DNA of 64,000 nt, taken from contig NC_086108.1 of NCBI RefSeq assembly GCF_963921235.1, positions 29,080,001-29,144,000 on the forward strand. Direction: 5' to 3'. Positions 39,720 to 52,408 of this stretch are shown one piece after another. The position numbers and the translations under genes were made by a program. Within the stretch, counting starts at the first letter, position 1. Each line of letters opens with the position of its first letter. The stretch is from Mobula hypostoma. Taxonomy: Eukaryota. The notes under the pieces were generated by a model. It searched no databases and was not told the origin of the DNA. It saw only the letters and a list, made by a program, of their open reading frames with translations.

Positions 39720-40440
39720 AGAGTGCTGGTGGAGCAAATAAGAAGCTTTACGTTTCCTGGTACTAACATATTGAATGACCTGTCCTGGGCCCAATCATAA
39801 AGCAGATGCTCCGGAGCCTTTATTAGGAGGTTAAGGAGGGTTAGCTTGTCACCAAACATTCTAACAAACTTCTACAGATGTATTGTTGAAAGTATCTTGA
39901 GCAATTACATCATGGTCTGGTATGATAATTCAAATATTTAGGAAGATAAGAAGCTGCATAGAATGGTGAGGAACTCTGCCAAATACATCACAGGCACATC
40001 TTTCCCTAACATCAGTATCATCTGCAAGAGGCACTACTTCAAGACCCATCATCAGAAATCCCATCATCCGGGCAATGCCATTTTCTTGCAGCTGCTATCG
40101 GGCAGGAGGCTGTGAAGCCTGAAGTCCCACATCACCAGATTCAAGAACAGCTACTTCACTTTAACATACAGATCCTGAACCAGCCAGCAGATCTATCATC
40201 ACTACAGTTTAGCAACACATGACTTAGCAACACTTTGACTAATTTGATCACCTTGCAATAAAATGGACTTCATTTTATTTCTTTTCTAATTGCATTCTCT
40301 TATAAATTTGTATATAATTTATGTTTAAGTTATGTTTTTCTTGCGGATGCTTACATAAATGCTATACGTTTGTGATGCTGCTGTAAGTCTTTCATTGCAC
40401 CTGGGCTTACATGCAATTGTGCGTACAACTTTGATTTTGA
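39720..40440 (+). mobile_element. Rex1-like LINE 3' remnant
   Basis: NFYRCIVESIL...TRFKNSYF-type decayed coding sequence. Confidence 0.6.
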
Positions 40441-40469
40441 CAAATGCGGCAGTAAGAGCAAAATTCAAA

Positions 40470-40995
40470 GCTCAGAGTAAATTTATTATCAAGGTACATA
40501 CAGATATGTTACCATATTTTAACCTGAGGTTCATCTCCTAGTGGATATTCACAGTAGATATAAAGAAGCACATTAGAATTAACGAACCTTCGCAATGGCA
40601 ACAGTAAGAAGAGAGCATGGCCTGGATGGTGGGTGTCCTTGATGATGGATGCTGCTTTATTGTGACAATGCTCCCTATAGATGTGCTTAGTGGTGGGGAA
40701 GGTTTTCTTGTGATGGTCTGGACTGTATTCACTATTTTTTGTAGGCTTTTCCATTCATGAGCATTGGTGTTTCCATACCAGGCCATAATGCAACCAGTCA
40801 GGATACTCTGCACCGAGCACCACTTGTCAAAGTTTTAAATAACATGCTGAATCTGCACAAAATTTGTTAGGAAGTAGAAGCACTGTCCTGCCTTCTTTGT
40901 AATAGCACCCATGTGATGGTCCCAGGACAGATCCTCTGAAATGACCCTCTTCACCTCCAGTCCCCTGATGGCTCATGGACCTCTGGTTTTCTCCT
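40470..40995 (-). mobile_element. Rex1-like LINE 3' remnant
   Basis: SILTGCIMAWYGN...LQKIVNTVQTIT and IIKDTHHPGHALFLLLP. Confidence 0.7.
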
Positions 40996-42264
40996 CCTAT
41001 GGCAGATATTAGATGAGGAAGTTGAGGCAGACATGGTCAGCAGCACTTTGAATGAATCTGAGGCCAGGGGCTGAAAGCGATGATGACTCTGACCTCCATG
41101 AAAGAAGCAATCCAGATCTGTGTGGAGTTGTGTGTGATGTTATAGGACACGAGAGGTCTCAGAAAGGACAACATTTGAACGTCGGCTCATTAAACTGCAC
41201 ACATACTGAAAAATAATTAGTTATAAAATATAGTTATCCTTGAGTAAATGAGCTGCCTGTTCTTGAAGCAATGAAGCAGAGACATCAAGCTGGAGTTCAA
41301 GTTTACAGGCTGCATCTCTGTTGCCACCATATTGAGTGGAGGTAGGTGGTTATACAAATAAAGTTGGTAGGACAAACAAAAATCCCAGCAAAAATTCAAG
41401 AATCAAACACAGCCTGAAATGAAGACAATATTGAATTACATCTGCTTAATCTGGTTTTCAAGTACACCATATCACCATTGTTTTGTCTGTGTGATCCATG
41501 ATATTATTAAACCGCACTACAGATCACGAGCAAATACCTGACAAGTTCAAGTGAATCAAGCTCGAAAACATGCTGACTAATTTTCCAACAGCTGATAACC
41601 AGTCTGGAAGTTATCTCAACTACAACTTCACACACACTTAGCAAGTTTCTTTAAGTTATTTCTAGAAAAAAAAATAGAGGCATAATTGGGTCTGATTTTG
41701 AGTAAACTCATCTTAAAATGTTCTTTTTAGTACAAAGTGTATTTCAGTAATCTTGTATGATTTGTTATACCTGCATTAAATATGCATGAAAATACCATTT
41801 TCAATTACCCAGGACACCGTATGTCAACATTACTCAGTTAAATGAATTGTTTACATATTTACTTTCCAATTCCAATAGTTTCTGCTGAGATTCTTTCCAA
41901 TGTTCTTTGAAGAAAGGTTGAAAGCCAATTTTCAAAAGGTATAATCAGACAAGGTTAAGTGGAGCTAACCAGTTAAACACAAACGAGTTTTGTACTCATT
42001 TGTAAATAGAAGGTACAATGCTGATTCCAAAGCTTTATTTCCATAACAGATTTTAGAAGTTGCACATAGCTGAAAGAAATTGTCATTCTCTGTGTTATAT
42101 TGGTTATATTTTTGAAGTATTATATTACAATTAGAGCTTGCCAAAGATCTTTCATTCAGTCTGCTAGCAGAAGCCCTCAGCACACCCATTGATGTTACCT
42201 GATAGACAGGCAGGAAGATAGCACACAGCACTTAAACATTGTAAGCACATCTTTATTCATTCTA

Positions 42265-42500
42265 AGGTAAGGAGTTTCTCCGGTTAGGGGATGATTTCCC
42301 CCCACACCTCTCTGACGTAGTGGGGAACTGCATACGAGGCAAGTGGTTTGCCATTGCCTTCTGCTGGGTGAGTTTCCAAAGAGATCACCAGCTTGTAACC
42401 CAGCACGGATAGAAAGTGTGCAGGGGAGCTGGCTGGATTTGAACTCGGGGCCTTTCGTCCCGAAGCCCGACGCTGATGCCACTGCGCCACCAGCCTGGTC
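42265..42500 (-). mobile_element. tRNA-derived SINE (236 bp)
   Basis: A box TGGCGCAGTGG, B box GAGTTCAAATCC, CCTTA-like tail, 12-bp TSD TTATTCATTCTA (42253-42264, 42501-42512). Confidence 0.85.
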
Positions 42501-42788
42501 TTATTCATTCTAGCAAATTGAATATCAAGAGCAAAGAGTGAAAAGCTTAAGAAGGAAACATCGAAGAGGAAATGGATGGGAGGAAGAGTTTGGGGCACAT
42601 CTTCACTCATCCCAAAGTTGAAGGTAATCTCCAGATCAAGAAATAGATCAGGGTACTTCCAAGCATACTCACCTTAATTCTTTGGCATTTATTTGCACTA
42701 TTAATAAGGTCTTGGTTGATCTGTCTTTAATGCCAGCTATGTATTCTCAGCTACCGCTAATAATATTTCAACCCAGTGCCTATCAAGT

Positions 42789-43407
42789 AACACACATCAA
42801 AGTTGCTGGTGAACGCAGCAGGCCAGGCAGCATCTCAAGGAAGAGGTGCAGTCGATGTTTCAGGCCGAGACTCTTCATCAGGACTAACTGAAGGAAGAGC
42901 TAGTAAGAGATTTGAAAGTGGGAGGGGGAAGGGGAGATCCAAAATGATAGGAGAAGACAGGAGGGGGAGGGATAGAGCCGAGAGCTGGACAGGTGATAGG
43001 CAAAAGGGATACAAGAGGATCATGGGACAGGAGGTCCAGGAAGAAAGACAAGGGGGGGGCACCCAGAGGATGGGCAAGGGGTATATTCAGAGGGACAGAG
43101 GGAGAAAAAGGAGAGTGAGAGAAAGAATGTGTGTATAAAAATAAGTAACAGATGGGGTACGAGGGGGAGGTGGAGCCTTAGCGGAAGTTAGAGAAGTTGA
43201 TGTTCATGCCATCAGGTTGGAGGCTACCCAGACGGAATATAAGATGTTGTTCCTCCAAACTGAGTGTGGCTTCATCTTTACAGTAGAGGAGGCCGTGGAT
43301 AGACATGTCAGAATGGGAATGGGATGTGGAATTAAAATGTGTGGCCACTGGGAGATTCTGCTTTCTCTGGCGGACAGAGTGTAGGTGTTCAGCAAAGCGG
43401 TCTCCCA
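42789..43407 (-). mobile_element. Neptune-type Penelope 3' fragment with hammerhead motif (42850-42885)
   Basis: Close homology to 14579-15208; reverse complement AGTCCTGATGAAGAGTCTCGGCCTGAAACATCGACT. Confidence 0.88.
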
Positions 43408-44300
43408 GGGAGTAATCTCGAGATGACTACCTTTGTGGTCCTGCTTCTCAACTTCCTTCCTAACTCCCTGTGGTCTGCTTTCAGGACTTCCTCCCTTTTC
43501 CTACCTACGTCGTTGGTACCAATATGTACCATGACCTCCGGCTGTTCTCCTTTCCACTTCAGGATATCATGGACACGATCAGAAACATCCCGGACCCTGG
43601 CAAACTACCATCCGTGTTTCTTTCCTCCATCCACATAATTGCCTGTCTGACCCCCTAACTATAGAGTCCCTTATCACTGCTGCCATCCTCTTTCTTTCCC
43701 TACCCTTCCCTACCCTGCTGAGCCACAGGGCCAGACTCTGTGCCAGAGGCGCAGCCACTGTTGCTTCCCCCCAACAGTACTCAAGCAGGAGTACTTATTG
43801 TTAAGAGGGACAGCCACAGGGGTACTCTCTAGTATCTGATTCTTGCCCTTCCCTCTCCTGACTGTTACCCACTTACCTGTCTCCTGAGGCCCCGATGACC
43901 ACCTGCCTATAGCTCTATCACCTCCTCACTTTCCCTGACCAGACGAAGGTTATTGAGCTGCATCTCCAGTTCCCTAATGTGGTTCCTAAGGAGCTGCAGC
44001 TCGACGCACCTGGTGCAGATGTGGCCGTCCGGGAGGTGGGAGTCTTCTCACATCTGACACCCAGCACAGAACATTGGCCTCACACACGTACTTCTTGTCT
44101 GTATTCTACGCAAGCTACCTAGCTCGCCTCAACCCCTTATCGTCGAAGCCCCGTTGAACCAGAGCCCTCCTACTCTTTCTCCCTCTACTCTCTACTCTGA
44201 TGCCTGGTCTATAAAGCTGTCTCCTTTTAAACTCTTCTCACTGTTCTAACTGGCTGACGTCCATGTGTTTGTGTAGTCGTGCCTCGATCAGACCGCTGAA
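43408..44300 (-). mobile_element. CR1 5' region (5' UTR and ORF1 zinc finger/esterase)
   Basis: Minus strand encodes HICTRCVELQLL, a VIRDSIVRG-like segment and VMVHIGTNDVG (SGNH esterase-like). Confidence 0.75.
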
Positions 44301-44329
44301 GGACTATCCCATATTAATTCCTAATCATG

Positions 44330-45352
44330 TTATCTAAAGAATGTATTGTGAGCAACGGCAGCAGAACGCACTGCACTGACACGGATCCAGAAGGTTGTCA
44401 AGTTTCCTTGCATATCGCAAAGCAGCACACCCCACAACCAGCAATGCTCCTGCTATGCTGTTCCTGGATTGTCCTTTGCACTCATTCTTGGATCTCCTCA
44501 AACCCAGTCTCTGAGGGAGTATGCAGGACAAACAGCCGAGGCAAATTGAGGGCTCTTCAAACAAGGAGGTTCAACGTTCTACTCCCGGACAAACGGTCCT
44601 AGTGCGGGGCTACAGAAATGATCACAAATGGGTGCTTGGAAAGATTAATGACAGACTGGACCACTCTCCTACATAGTGGAGATTGAGTCTGATGTCAGCT
44701 GGAGATCAGTTGAGAAGAGTGGATCAATTGTTGGAGAAGTAGGGGTTGCCCAGAGCTGCCAGAACCACTTCCTGCAGTTCCACAGTCAGCTCCTACAACC
44801 ACCACAGAGGAGGCTTCAGAACCTGAGATTGTTTCACAGCCGCAAGTCTCACCTGCCAAGCAGAGTGACCTCCCTGATCAAGATAAAAGTTTCCTACAAG
44901 AGTAAGAAATCCTCCACAGCACTTAAATCTTCAGATCTGAATGGGACAATTAAATTTTTTCTATGCTGTGGATGTCTGTATAGTAGTTGGATTATATGGC
45001 ATACTGTTTGTGTATGTATATATATTTAGGTGTGTATAATTTGAGATGCATTCTATATTGAGTTGGAATTTATAGCTTTATAGATAAGCAGGGAGGGGTG
45101 TTGTATATTTAATATTTCAGTAATATGTGAGTAATATTGTAAATATATTATTTTATTAAGCATTCTTTGTTGTTTACATAATGCATTATAGGTTATATAT
45201 AAAACTATGGGAACGGCATACATCATCATGCCACCATGTCATATGGGTATTCCTCGCTAAAAGTGAAAAAAATGAAAATAACATACCTGCATTCCAGACT
45301 CCCTTGTTTTTCTTTCGATTAGTTTTATGTTCTGTAGTTACAAAATATAACA
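44330..45352 (+). mobile_element. Gypsy-like 3' fragment: integrase C-terminus, PPT and 3' LTR (45099-45352)
   Basis: AYRKAAHPTTSNAPAMLFL...LDLLKP; purine tract AGGGAGGGG immediately before TGTTG...AACA. Confidence 0.8.
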
Positions 45353-46759
45353 TCAGCCTTCTTGAACATCTGCCAGTTAGTCTGTTCAAAACAGTTCTGA
45401 AGCATAGAGATTACCTCATCAGGCCATACAGTGATTTTCCTTTTGTCTGTTTTCTCATACATTGCTTTACATTGTAAAAGGCAAATATTGAAAGCACATT
45501 GAGATATATCTCTACCCAAGCATGTTGTTATTGCCCTCTTGTATGCAATGTTTGCTAACTCTAACACTTAATCCAAAAAAATAATGTGATGAAATTGTAT
45601 TTTAAGGTAGCAGGGTTCCGTTTTAGGCTGCTGTATTTTTCTAGTACTTTTTCTTCAACCTAAGTTAATCATCTCTCTTGCTACCTCCTCCCTACCAACC
45701 AACCCTGCTTTGAAATTGCACAATACAAGAATAACATGTAAGTATCCTCTGACCTTTCATTGGTCAGTGAGAAATTTGGTTTCCGTGGTTACTGTTTAAA
45801 TGAGGCCTTCCTGAAGATTGGGCTTTTTGCCAGAAGCTGCAATTAATAACATATCCCTTGGGATTTGCAGATAGTTATCTGATTTTAGGTGAAATTTACA
45901 GCATTGATCAGTGAATAGGTCACTAAGTATTTTTAACTGGCTCTGTTTCACTAATCACTACAGATGTTGATGGAAATTTTCAAAAGATAGAATCTATATT
46001 TTTCGTGATCCAAGATTTCTCTTTTAATATTTATATAATATAAACCTTACGTTGACAGCCAAGCCAATTTCACAAACCTAAGGCACAACAAAAACCAAGT
46101 CAAACAATATTAATGAGAAAACAAAAGCTGGAAATACTCAGCAGGTCAACCAGCAGCCACAGAGAGAGAAAAACAAAGAGTTAATGTTTCAGGCTAATGA
46201 ACTTTTGTCGAAGCTGGAATCAGATGTTATTGATTGGGCTTCTATAGCATCAGGTAAACTCCGAGCAACAGAATTAGAGTTTGATTCACCCTTCAGTAAC
46301 TCCCTGCTTGAATAAAGGGAATTAAAATTGTTCTGATAGTCTTGAGGAATCCTTTTATAATAATTGGATCTAACCTGCCCCTGACCAACTGCCTATTACA
46401 AACAGGCAAAAACTCACTATTTGCTGAAGAGGACTTACTGACAGTGGATCTTCAAGCAAAAGGTGTGTTAGGATGAACGGCGTAATTGACTGGAAGGAAA
46501 GGGTGGGGTGGAGAAAGGGTCGCTGTCTGATGCAGCAGTTGGATGCTAGGTTGTCTTGTGTGGCCCAGGGACGTTCTGGTGTCACATAGGAAACAATACT
46601 GGCGGCCATGGAAATGGCGATCACCGTCCCCCTCCCACCCCATCACATGCCACCCGCGGATTTTCCTCAGGATAATAGAAGAAGTCAGTTCATTCACACT
46701 CCAATCCTATTCCACTGTTCAGCAAGACCCTGGCTGAACTATGGCCTACTTCCATTCGT

Positions 46760-47040
46760 TGGTATGGTAGCATAGTGGTGTTCATAATGCTTTACAGTAC
46801 AGGCGACTGGGTTTCAATTCCTGCCGCTGCCTGTAAGGAGTTTGTATGTCCTTCCTGTGTCTGCACGGGTTTCCTCCAGGTGCTCCGGTTCCCTCTCACA
46901 GTCCAAAAATGTACCAGTAGGTGGGGTAATTGACCATTGTAAATTGCCCAGTGATTAGGCTAGGATTAAATCAGGGGTTGATGGGCAACATGGCTTGAAG
47001 GGCCGGAAAGGCCTACTCTGTGCTGTATCTCAACAAATAA
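46760..47040 (+). mobile_element. tRNA-derived V-SINE (HE1-like)
   Basis: Homologous to 34795-35086: A/B boxes, GGTTTCCTCCAGGTGCTCCGG, CR1-type tail. Confidence 0.8.
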
Positions 47041-47181
47041 ATTGCGGGAAGTAAAAGGTTGTCAGTCATCACCTGTGGAATAGGAATTTTGTGGATCCCT
47101 GCCGAAAATTGGCTGTACTGTATGACTTTGATCGGAGATTCCATTTATTTCTCTTCATCCAATAGGGCCTGTGAGGTAGGG

Positions 47182-48374
47182 CAGTGGTCCCCAACCACAG
47201 GGCCGCGAGGAAACGATATGATTTGGCGATATGAGTCAGCTGCACCTTTCCTCATTCCCTGTCACGCACACTGTTGAGCTTGAATGCATGTGAGGTCATT
47301 ACCCGTGCGTCATACATGTCAGCACGGGAAGAAGATCAACTCCTCGAGCTTGCAAATGATGGCGGGCTGAAAAGTATGTTTGACATAACATCTCTGCCGG
47401 CATTCTGGATCAAAGTCAAGGCTAAATATCCTGAGATAGCCACGAAAGCACTGAAAACGTTGCTTCCATTTCCAACATATCTCTGCAATGAATGCAACTA
47501 AAACTAAATTGTGGAATAGACCGGACATAAGGAACCCCCTTCGAGTATCGCTGTCTCCCATCACTCCTCGATAGGACGGTCTTGTTGCAGGGAAACAAGC
47601 CCAGGGCTCCCACTGATTCAGCGATATTGGTGTGTTGCAATGATTTTATATGTTCATACAGGGAAAATATGTGCTGTGTGTTTAATATCCAAATGTTACT
47701 TAAAATGTTATGATGCTATTGACTTATAAGTGACTTATATAACCATATAACAATTACAGCCCGGAAACAGGCCTTCTCTGCCCTGGTCCGTGCCGAACGC
47801 TACTCTCACCTAGTCCCACCGACCTGCACTCAGCCCATAACCATCCATTCCTTTCCTGTCCATATACCTATCCAATTTTTCCTTAAATGATAATATCGAA
47901 CCTGCTTCTACCACTTCTACTGGAAGTTCTTTCAACACTTACTTCAAGCTCCCCTGTCCTCCCCTGATAATTGACTTATCACTATATTCATGTGAGGAAA
48001 ATATGCTCTGTGTGTTTAGTATTAAATTCGTTAGATAAACCCTTTTAGAAACGAAATTGAGTGTATTAGCCACTTATCACCTATATTCCGGTCATGATTA
48101 ACACCCCCACCCCACAAACAGAATCACCAAAAACGATTTGTAGAAAAAAATCGGCATGTACACGCATGCGCAAATCACGCATGCTCACACAGGTGCCCGC
48201 GCAAGGCTTCATGGTCATGGTAGTCTTTCTCGGGGTAAACCCTATGTATTTGACTGCTACTCTTGTCCGTTGGCAACCCTACCCTCAAACCCCACCCCCC
48301 CCAGGTCAGCTGGTCCGCAAGAATATTGTCAATAATAAAGCGGTCCGCGGTGCAAAAAAGGTTGGGGACCCCTG
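47182..48374 (+). mobile_element. hAT (Charlie3/MER1-like) deletion derivative containing a CR1 3' fragment (about 47740-47945, minus strand)
   Basis: TIRs CAGTGGTCCCCAACC / GGTTGGGGACCCCTG; 8-bp TSD AGGTAGGG/AGGTAGGA; hAT dimerisation-domain remnant FWIKVKAKYPEIATKALKTLLPFPTYLC. Confidence 0.88.
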
Positions 48375-50521
48375 AGGTAGGAGACTGCAATTGCCAGCCA
48401 CTCAAGTCTTGAAGAAGAATGGCTGGCGTTGTCAAAATCCAATTACATTGAAGCCCCCTATGGTGCAAGAGCAGGAGGAGTGCATTGGAAGCAGCAGTTA
48501 CAACCTCCAAAGGAATCCCAGATCATGAGATTGTGCAAAACCTCCTGGAGCAAAGCCCAAATTCACTGTTTTCTCAGGAATCTGAGTAGCCATTAGTCTG
48601 ATTCACAAAGCATGTTGGGTGCACTAAAATAAATATAGTTTCTTAGTATAACTTCTTAATGTATGGACCGGGTGATGAGGATTTTGTTCCTTTCAAAAAA
48701 TGGTCCAGTTTCTGGAGCAGGTATCTGATGCATCCTAGATTGTACGCCTCGTCTCGCCTGCAGTCTTGTCCTGGAGCCACCCTGTACCTAGCTCCCTTGC
48801 TGTCCCTTGTACTCCAATTAATAATGATTATTTTACACAATACTGAACTTCACAGGAGAATTCTTAGTTCATTGAATCAGTGGTGCACCTGGGATTACTC
48901 AACTACTGAATTCCAGGAAATGCATCCCACTTTTCAAAGTTCAAAGTAAATTTATTATCAAAGTACATATATGTCATAATGTACTACTCTGAGATTCATT
49001 TTCTTGCAGCCAATAACAGTAAAACAAAGAAATACAATAGAATCGATGAAAAACTGCACATAAAGATTGACAAACAACCAATGTGCATTTTCCTCGAATA
49101 TCCACTTATAACTTTAGCCATGGAGCCTAGCTTTCATTGTGATAAAAATAGCCTTCACTCTAGCAAATATATCCTCTGTAAGTCTGCACCACTCTGTTGT
49201 GTCATACTGTGAGCAGATTTACAAAAGTTCCTGAAAACTGGTCTTCCAGAAACAGGGTCCAGCATTCTATTAGCCTTTTGGATTATTTTCTGCTCCTGTC
49301 TACAACATTTTAATGGCCTACTTGTGTGACCCAACATCACCTCAGCACAACCCTTCACTAAAACCTTACTATCTAATCCTGAGTTTTCCTGGCAATGAAG
49401 AAGAGTCTCAGCTCGAAACATTGACTGTTTATTAATTTAATTTGCCAGGTTCCTCCAGCATTTTGTATGTGTTGCTTTGGAAAACATTCAGGCTAGGTTA
49501 ACATGCATTTAGGGGTAAAACCATAAGGCAATGAGACATAGAAGCAGAATTAGGTCATTCAGCCAGTCGAGCCTGCTCTGCCATTCCATCATAGCTAATC
49601 CCGGATCCCACTCAACCCCATACACTTGCCTTCTTGCCACATCCTTTGACGACCTGACTGATCAGGAAATGATCAAATTCCGTCTTAAATATACCCAGGG
49701 ACTTGGCCTCCACTGCAGTCCGTAGCAGAGCATTCCACAGATTCACTACTCTCTGGCTAAAAAAATTCCTCCTTACCTCTGCTCTAAAAGGTCTCCCCGC
49801 AATTTTGAGGCTGTGCCTTTTAGTTCTGGATCCCTCCACCAGAGGGAACATTCTCTTCACATCCACCCTATCTAGTCCTTCCAACATTTGGTAGATTTCG
49901 ATGAGTTCCCCCTGGTTTCTTCTAAATTCCAGTGAGTACAGGCCCAAAGCTCCCAAACACTCCTCATATGTTAAACCTTTCATTCCCAGAGTCATCCATG
50001 TGCACCTCCTCTGGACTATCTCCAAAGACAACACATCCTTTCTAGGATATGGTGCCCAAAACTGCTGATAATACTCCAAGTGTGGCCTGAATGTCTTATA
50101 AAAGCTCAGCATCATCTCCTTGCTTTTATATTCTATTCCCCTTGAAATAAATGCCAACATTGCACTTGTCTTCTTTACCACAGACTCAACCTGTAAATTA
50201 ACCTTCTGGAAGTCTAGCTCAAGGACTCCTAAGTCCCTCTGCACCTCCGATGCTTGAATCTTCTCCTCATTTAGATATTAGTCCACACTATTCTTCCTTA
50301 TACCAAAACACATTATCATACATTTCCCAACACTGTATTCCATATGCTACTTTTTCGCCTATTCTTCCACTTTGTCTAAGTCCTGCTGCAATCACATTGC
50401 TTCCTCAGCACTACCTACCTCTCCACCTATCTTTGTATCATCTGCAAACTTTGCCACAAAGCCATCAATTCCATTATCTGAATCATTGACAAACAATGTG
50501 AAAAGAGTAATCCCAATACTG

Positions 50522-51465
50522 TGTCATTGTCCAGTCCGTGAAGTCTGTATTCCGGTTCACGGTCCGGTCCATCGACCCTTGCTCCAGGTTTTCCAGTCTA
50601 CCCTGTTTCTGTTCTTGTTGAGCTCTACTTGAGGCAGCTGATGTTCGTTGGGGCTGGCTGCATAAATACCTTCAGAGACCAGAGAGTGGCTGCTGGATTG
50701 TTCTTGTCCTTACTCCTTGTATCCTTTCCTCTGCCTTCTGTTTCCTTGCCTGAAGCCCTGCCTTGTCTTGCTGGTAACTCTCGCCTCAACTGAAGTTCCC
50801 GTCTTGCCTTGCTTTGCCTGAAGCCTTGCCTTGTCTTGCTGGTAACTCTCGCCTCGTCTCGCCTGCAGTCTTGTCCTGGAGCCACCCTGTACCTAGCTCC
50901 CTTCCTGTCCCTTGCCTCCGCCCGAGTAAGCCAGGCTGTCTTGCTATTACCTATGGTTGGTTCTGTCCCTTCCTGTCCCTTGCCTCCATCGGGTGGAGTA
51001 CCACGGCCTGTCTAGCCTCAAGCCTGAAGACTCCAGCCTCCTGCCCAGCCTCAAGCCTGAAGACTCCAGCCTCCTGCCCAGCCTCAAGCCTGAAGACTCC
51101 AGCCTCCTGCCTAGCCTCAAGCCTGAAGACTCCAGCCTCCTGCCTAGCCTCAAGCCTGAAGACTCCAGCCTCCTGCCTAGCCTCAAGCCTGAAGACTCTA
51201 TCCTCAAGCCTGAAGAATCCAGCCCTGTCCTGCCTGCTTGCCAAGCCTCGTCCTTGCCTAGTTCTGGGGTCCGAGGTACTGGGTCCTTGTCCAGTCTCTG
51301 GCTCAGAGTCCAAGCCCGGGCTCCTAGCTCTCTTGTCCAGTCCTGTTCCGGATTCCCGGTTTTCGTGTCCATGGCCTTGACCTCACCTGCATCCTAGTCT
51401 TGTCCCTAGTACTTCAGTGTCTGTGTCTTGCACTTGGGTCCGTTCCCAGCCACCCTCGTATGACA
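50522..51465 (+). mobile_element. Solo LTR (944 bp) with internal tandem repeats
   Basis: TGTCA...TGACA termini, 5-bp TSD TACTG (50517-50521, 51466-51470). Confidence 0.88.
51012..51225 (+). repeat. 33-bp tandem repeat, about 5 full and 2 partial units
   Basis: Unit GCCTCAAGCCTGAAGACTCCAGCCTCCTGCC(C/T)A; no spacers. Confidence 0.95.
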
Positions 51466-51928
51466 TACTGACTCCTGAGGAACACCACTAGTCACTGGAA
51501 GCCAACCAGAAAAGGCTCCTTTTATTCCCACTCACCCCTCCTGCCTGTCAGCCATTCCTCTATCCATGCCAGCATCTTTCCTGTAATGCCAGAGGATGTT
51601 ATCTTGTTAAGCAGCTTCATGTGTGGCACCTTAACAAATGCCTTCTGAAAATCCAGGTAAATGACAATCACCGCTTCTTCTTTGTCCACTCTGTTTGTTA
51701 CTTCCTCAAAGAACTCCAACAGATTTGTCAGGCAAGATTACAGGGAAATCTGACTTTGACTTATTTTATCAATAGTCTCCAAAACTCTGAAACCTCATCC
51801 TTAATAATAGACTCCAATACTTTCCCAGCCACTGACGTTAGGCTAACTGGCCTATAATTTCCTTTCTTTTGCCTTTGTCCCTTCTTAAAGAATCTTGCAG
51901 TCCTCTAGGACCATGCCAGAATCAAGTG

Positions 51929-52408
51929 CAGACATCCCACCCTGCAAAAACTCATTTCAGGGAGGTAGCACCATCAATTTGCAGGAGACTCCCGGAACTT
52001 CCGGGAGAGGTGGGATGTCTGCAATAGAGTAGCTCCTTAGCAGCTAGCCAGCTAGTTTAAATAACGTTAGCTATGCTAATGAATGAATAACACCTGTTAA
52101 ACTCACCTCAACATGTCTTTTACAGTCTTAACCCACCATGGGCAATAGAAAAGTCACTGTTGCAAACAGTGCAGCGAGCAACACTGTCACTATTTTTGAC
52201 TCCTATTAGGCAGGGATACGCTTTAGTGTAGTCGGGGGTGACATATGTTTTATATTTTCTTTTTTTGGAACACTGCCATGGCGTTCTTGTTCTCTCTCTC
52301 TCTCGCAAAAATTGATTTCTGTGATATTGTATATAATTTACTGGCATCAGGGAGCCGCTATTAATATGCGGGAGACTCCCGGAACTTCCGGGAGAGGTGG
52401 GATGTCTG
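51929..52408 (-). mobile_element. Non-autonomous hAT-like DNA transposon with a 6-bp TSD
   Basis: TIR CAGACATCCCACC; TSD CAAGTG (51923-51928, 52409-52414); zinc-finger-like remnant ARCTVCNSDFSIAHGG. Confidence 0.8.

Noticed and set aside
42430..42497. tRNA gene
   Set aside because: A and B boxes are present, but no full cloverleaf is evident and it continues into a SINE body within a TSD.
51012..51225. Regular ~33-bp repeats resembling a CRISPR array or an 11-aa repeat protein
   Set aside because: Units are head-to-tail with no unique spacers and no cas genes are present. Several frames are open only because the unit is a multiple of 3 with few stops, and the array lies inside a solo LTR.
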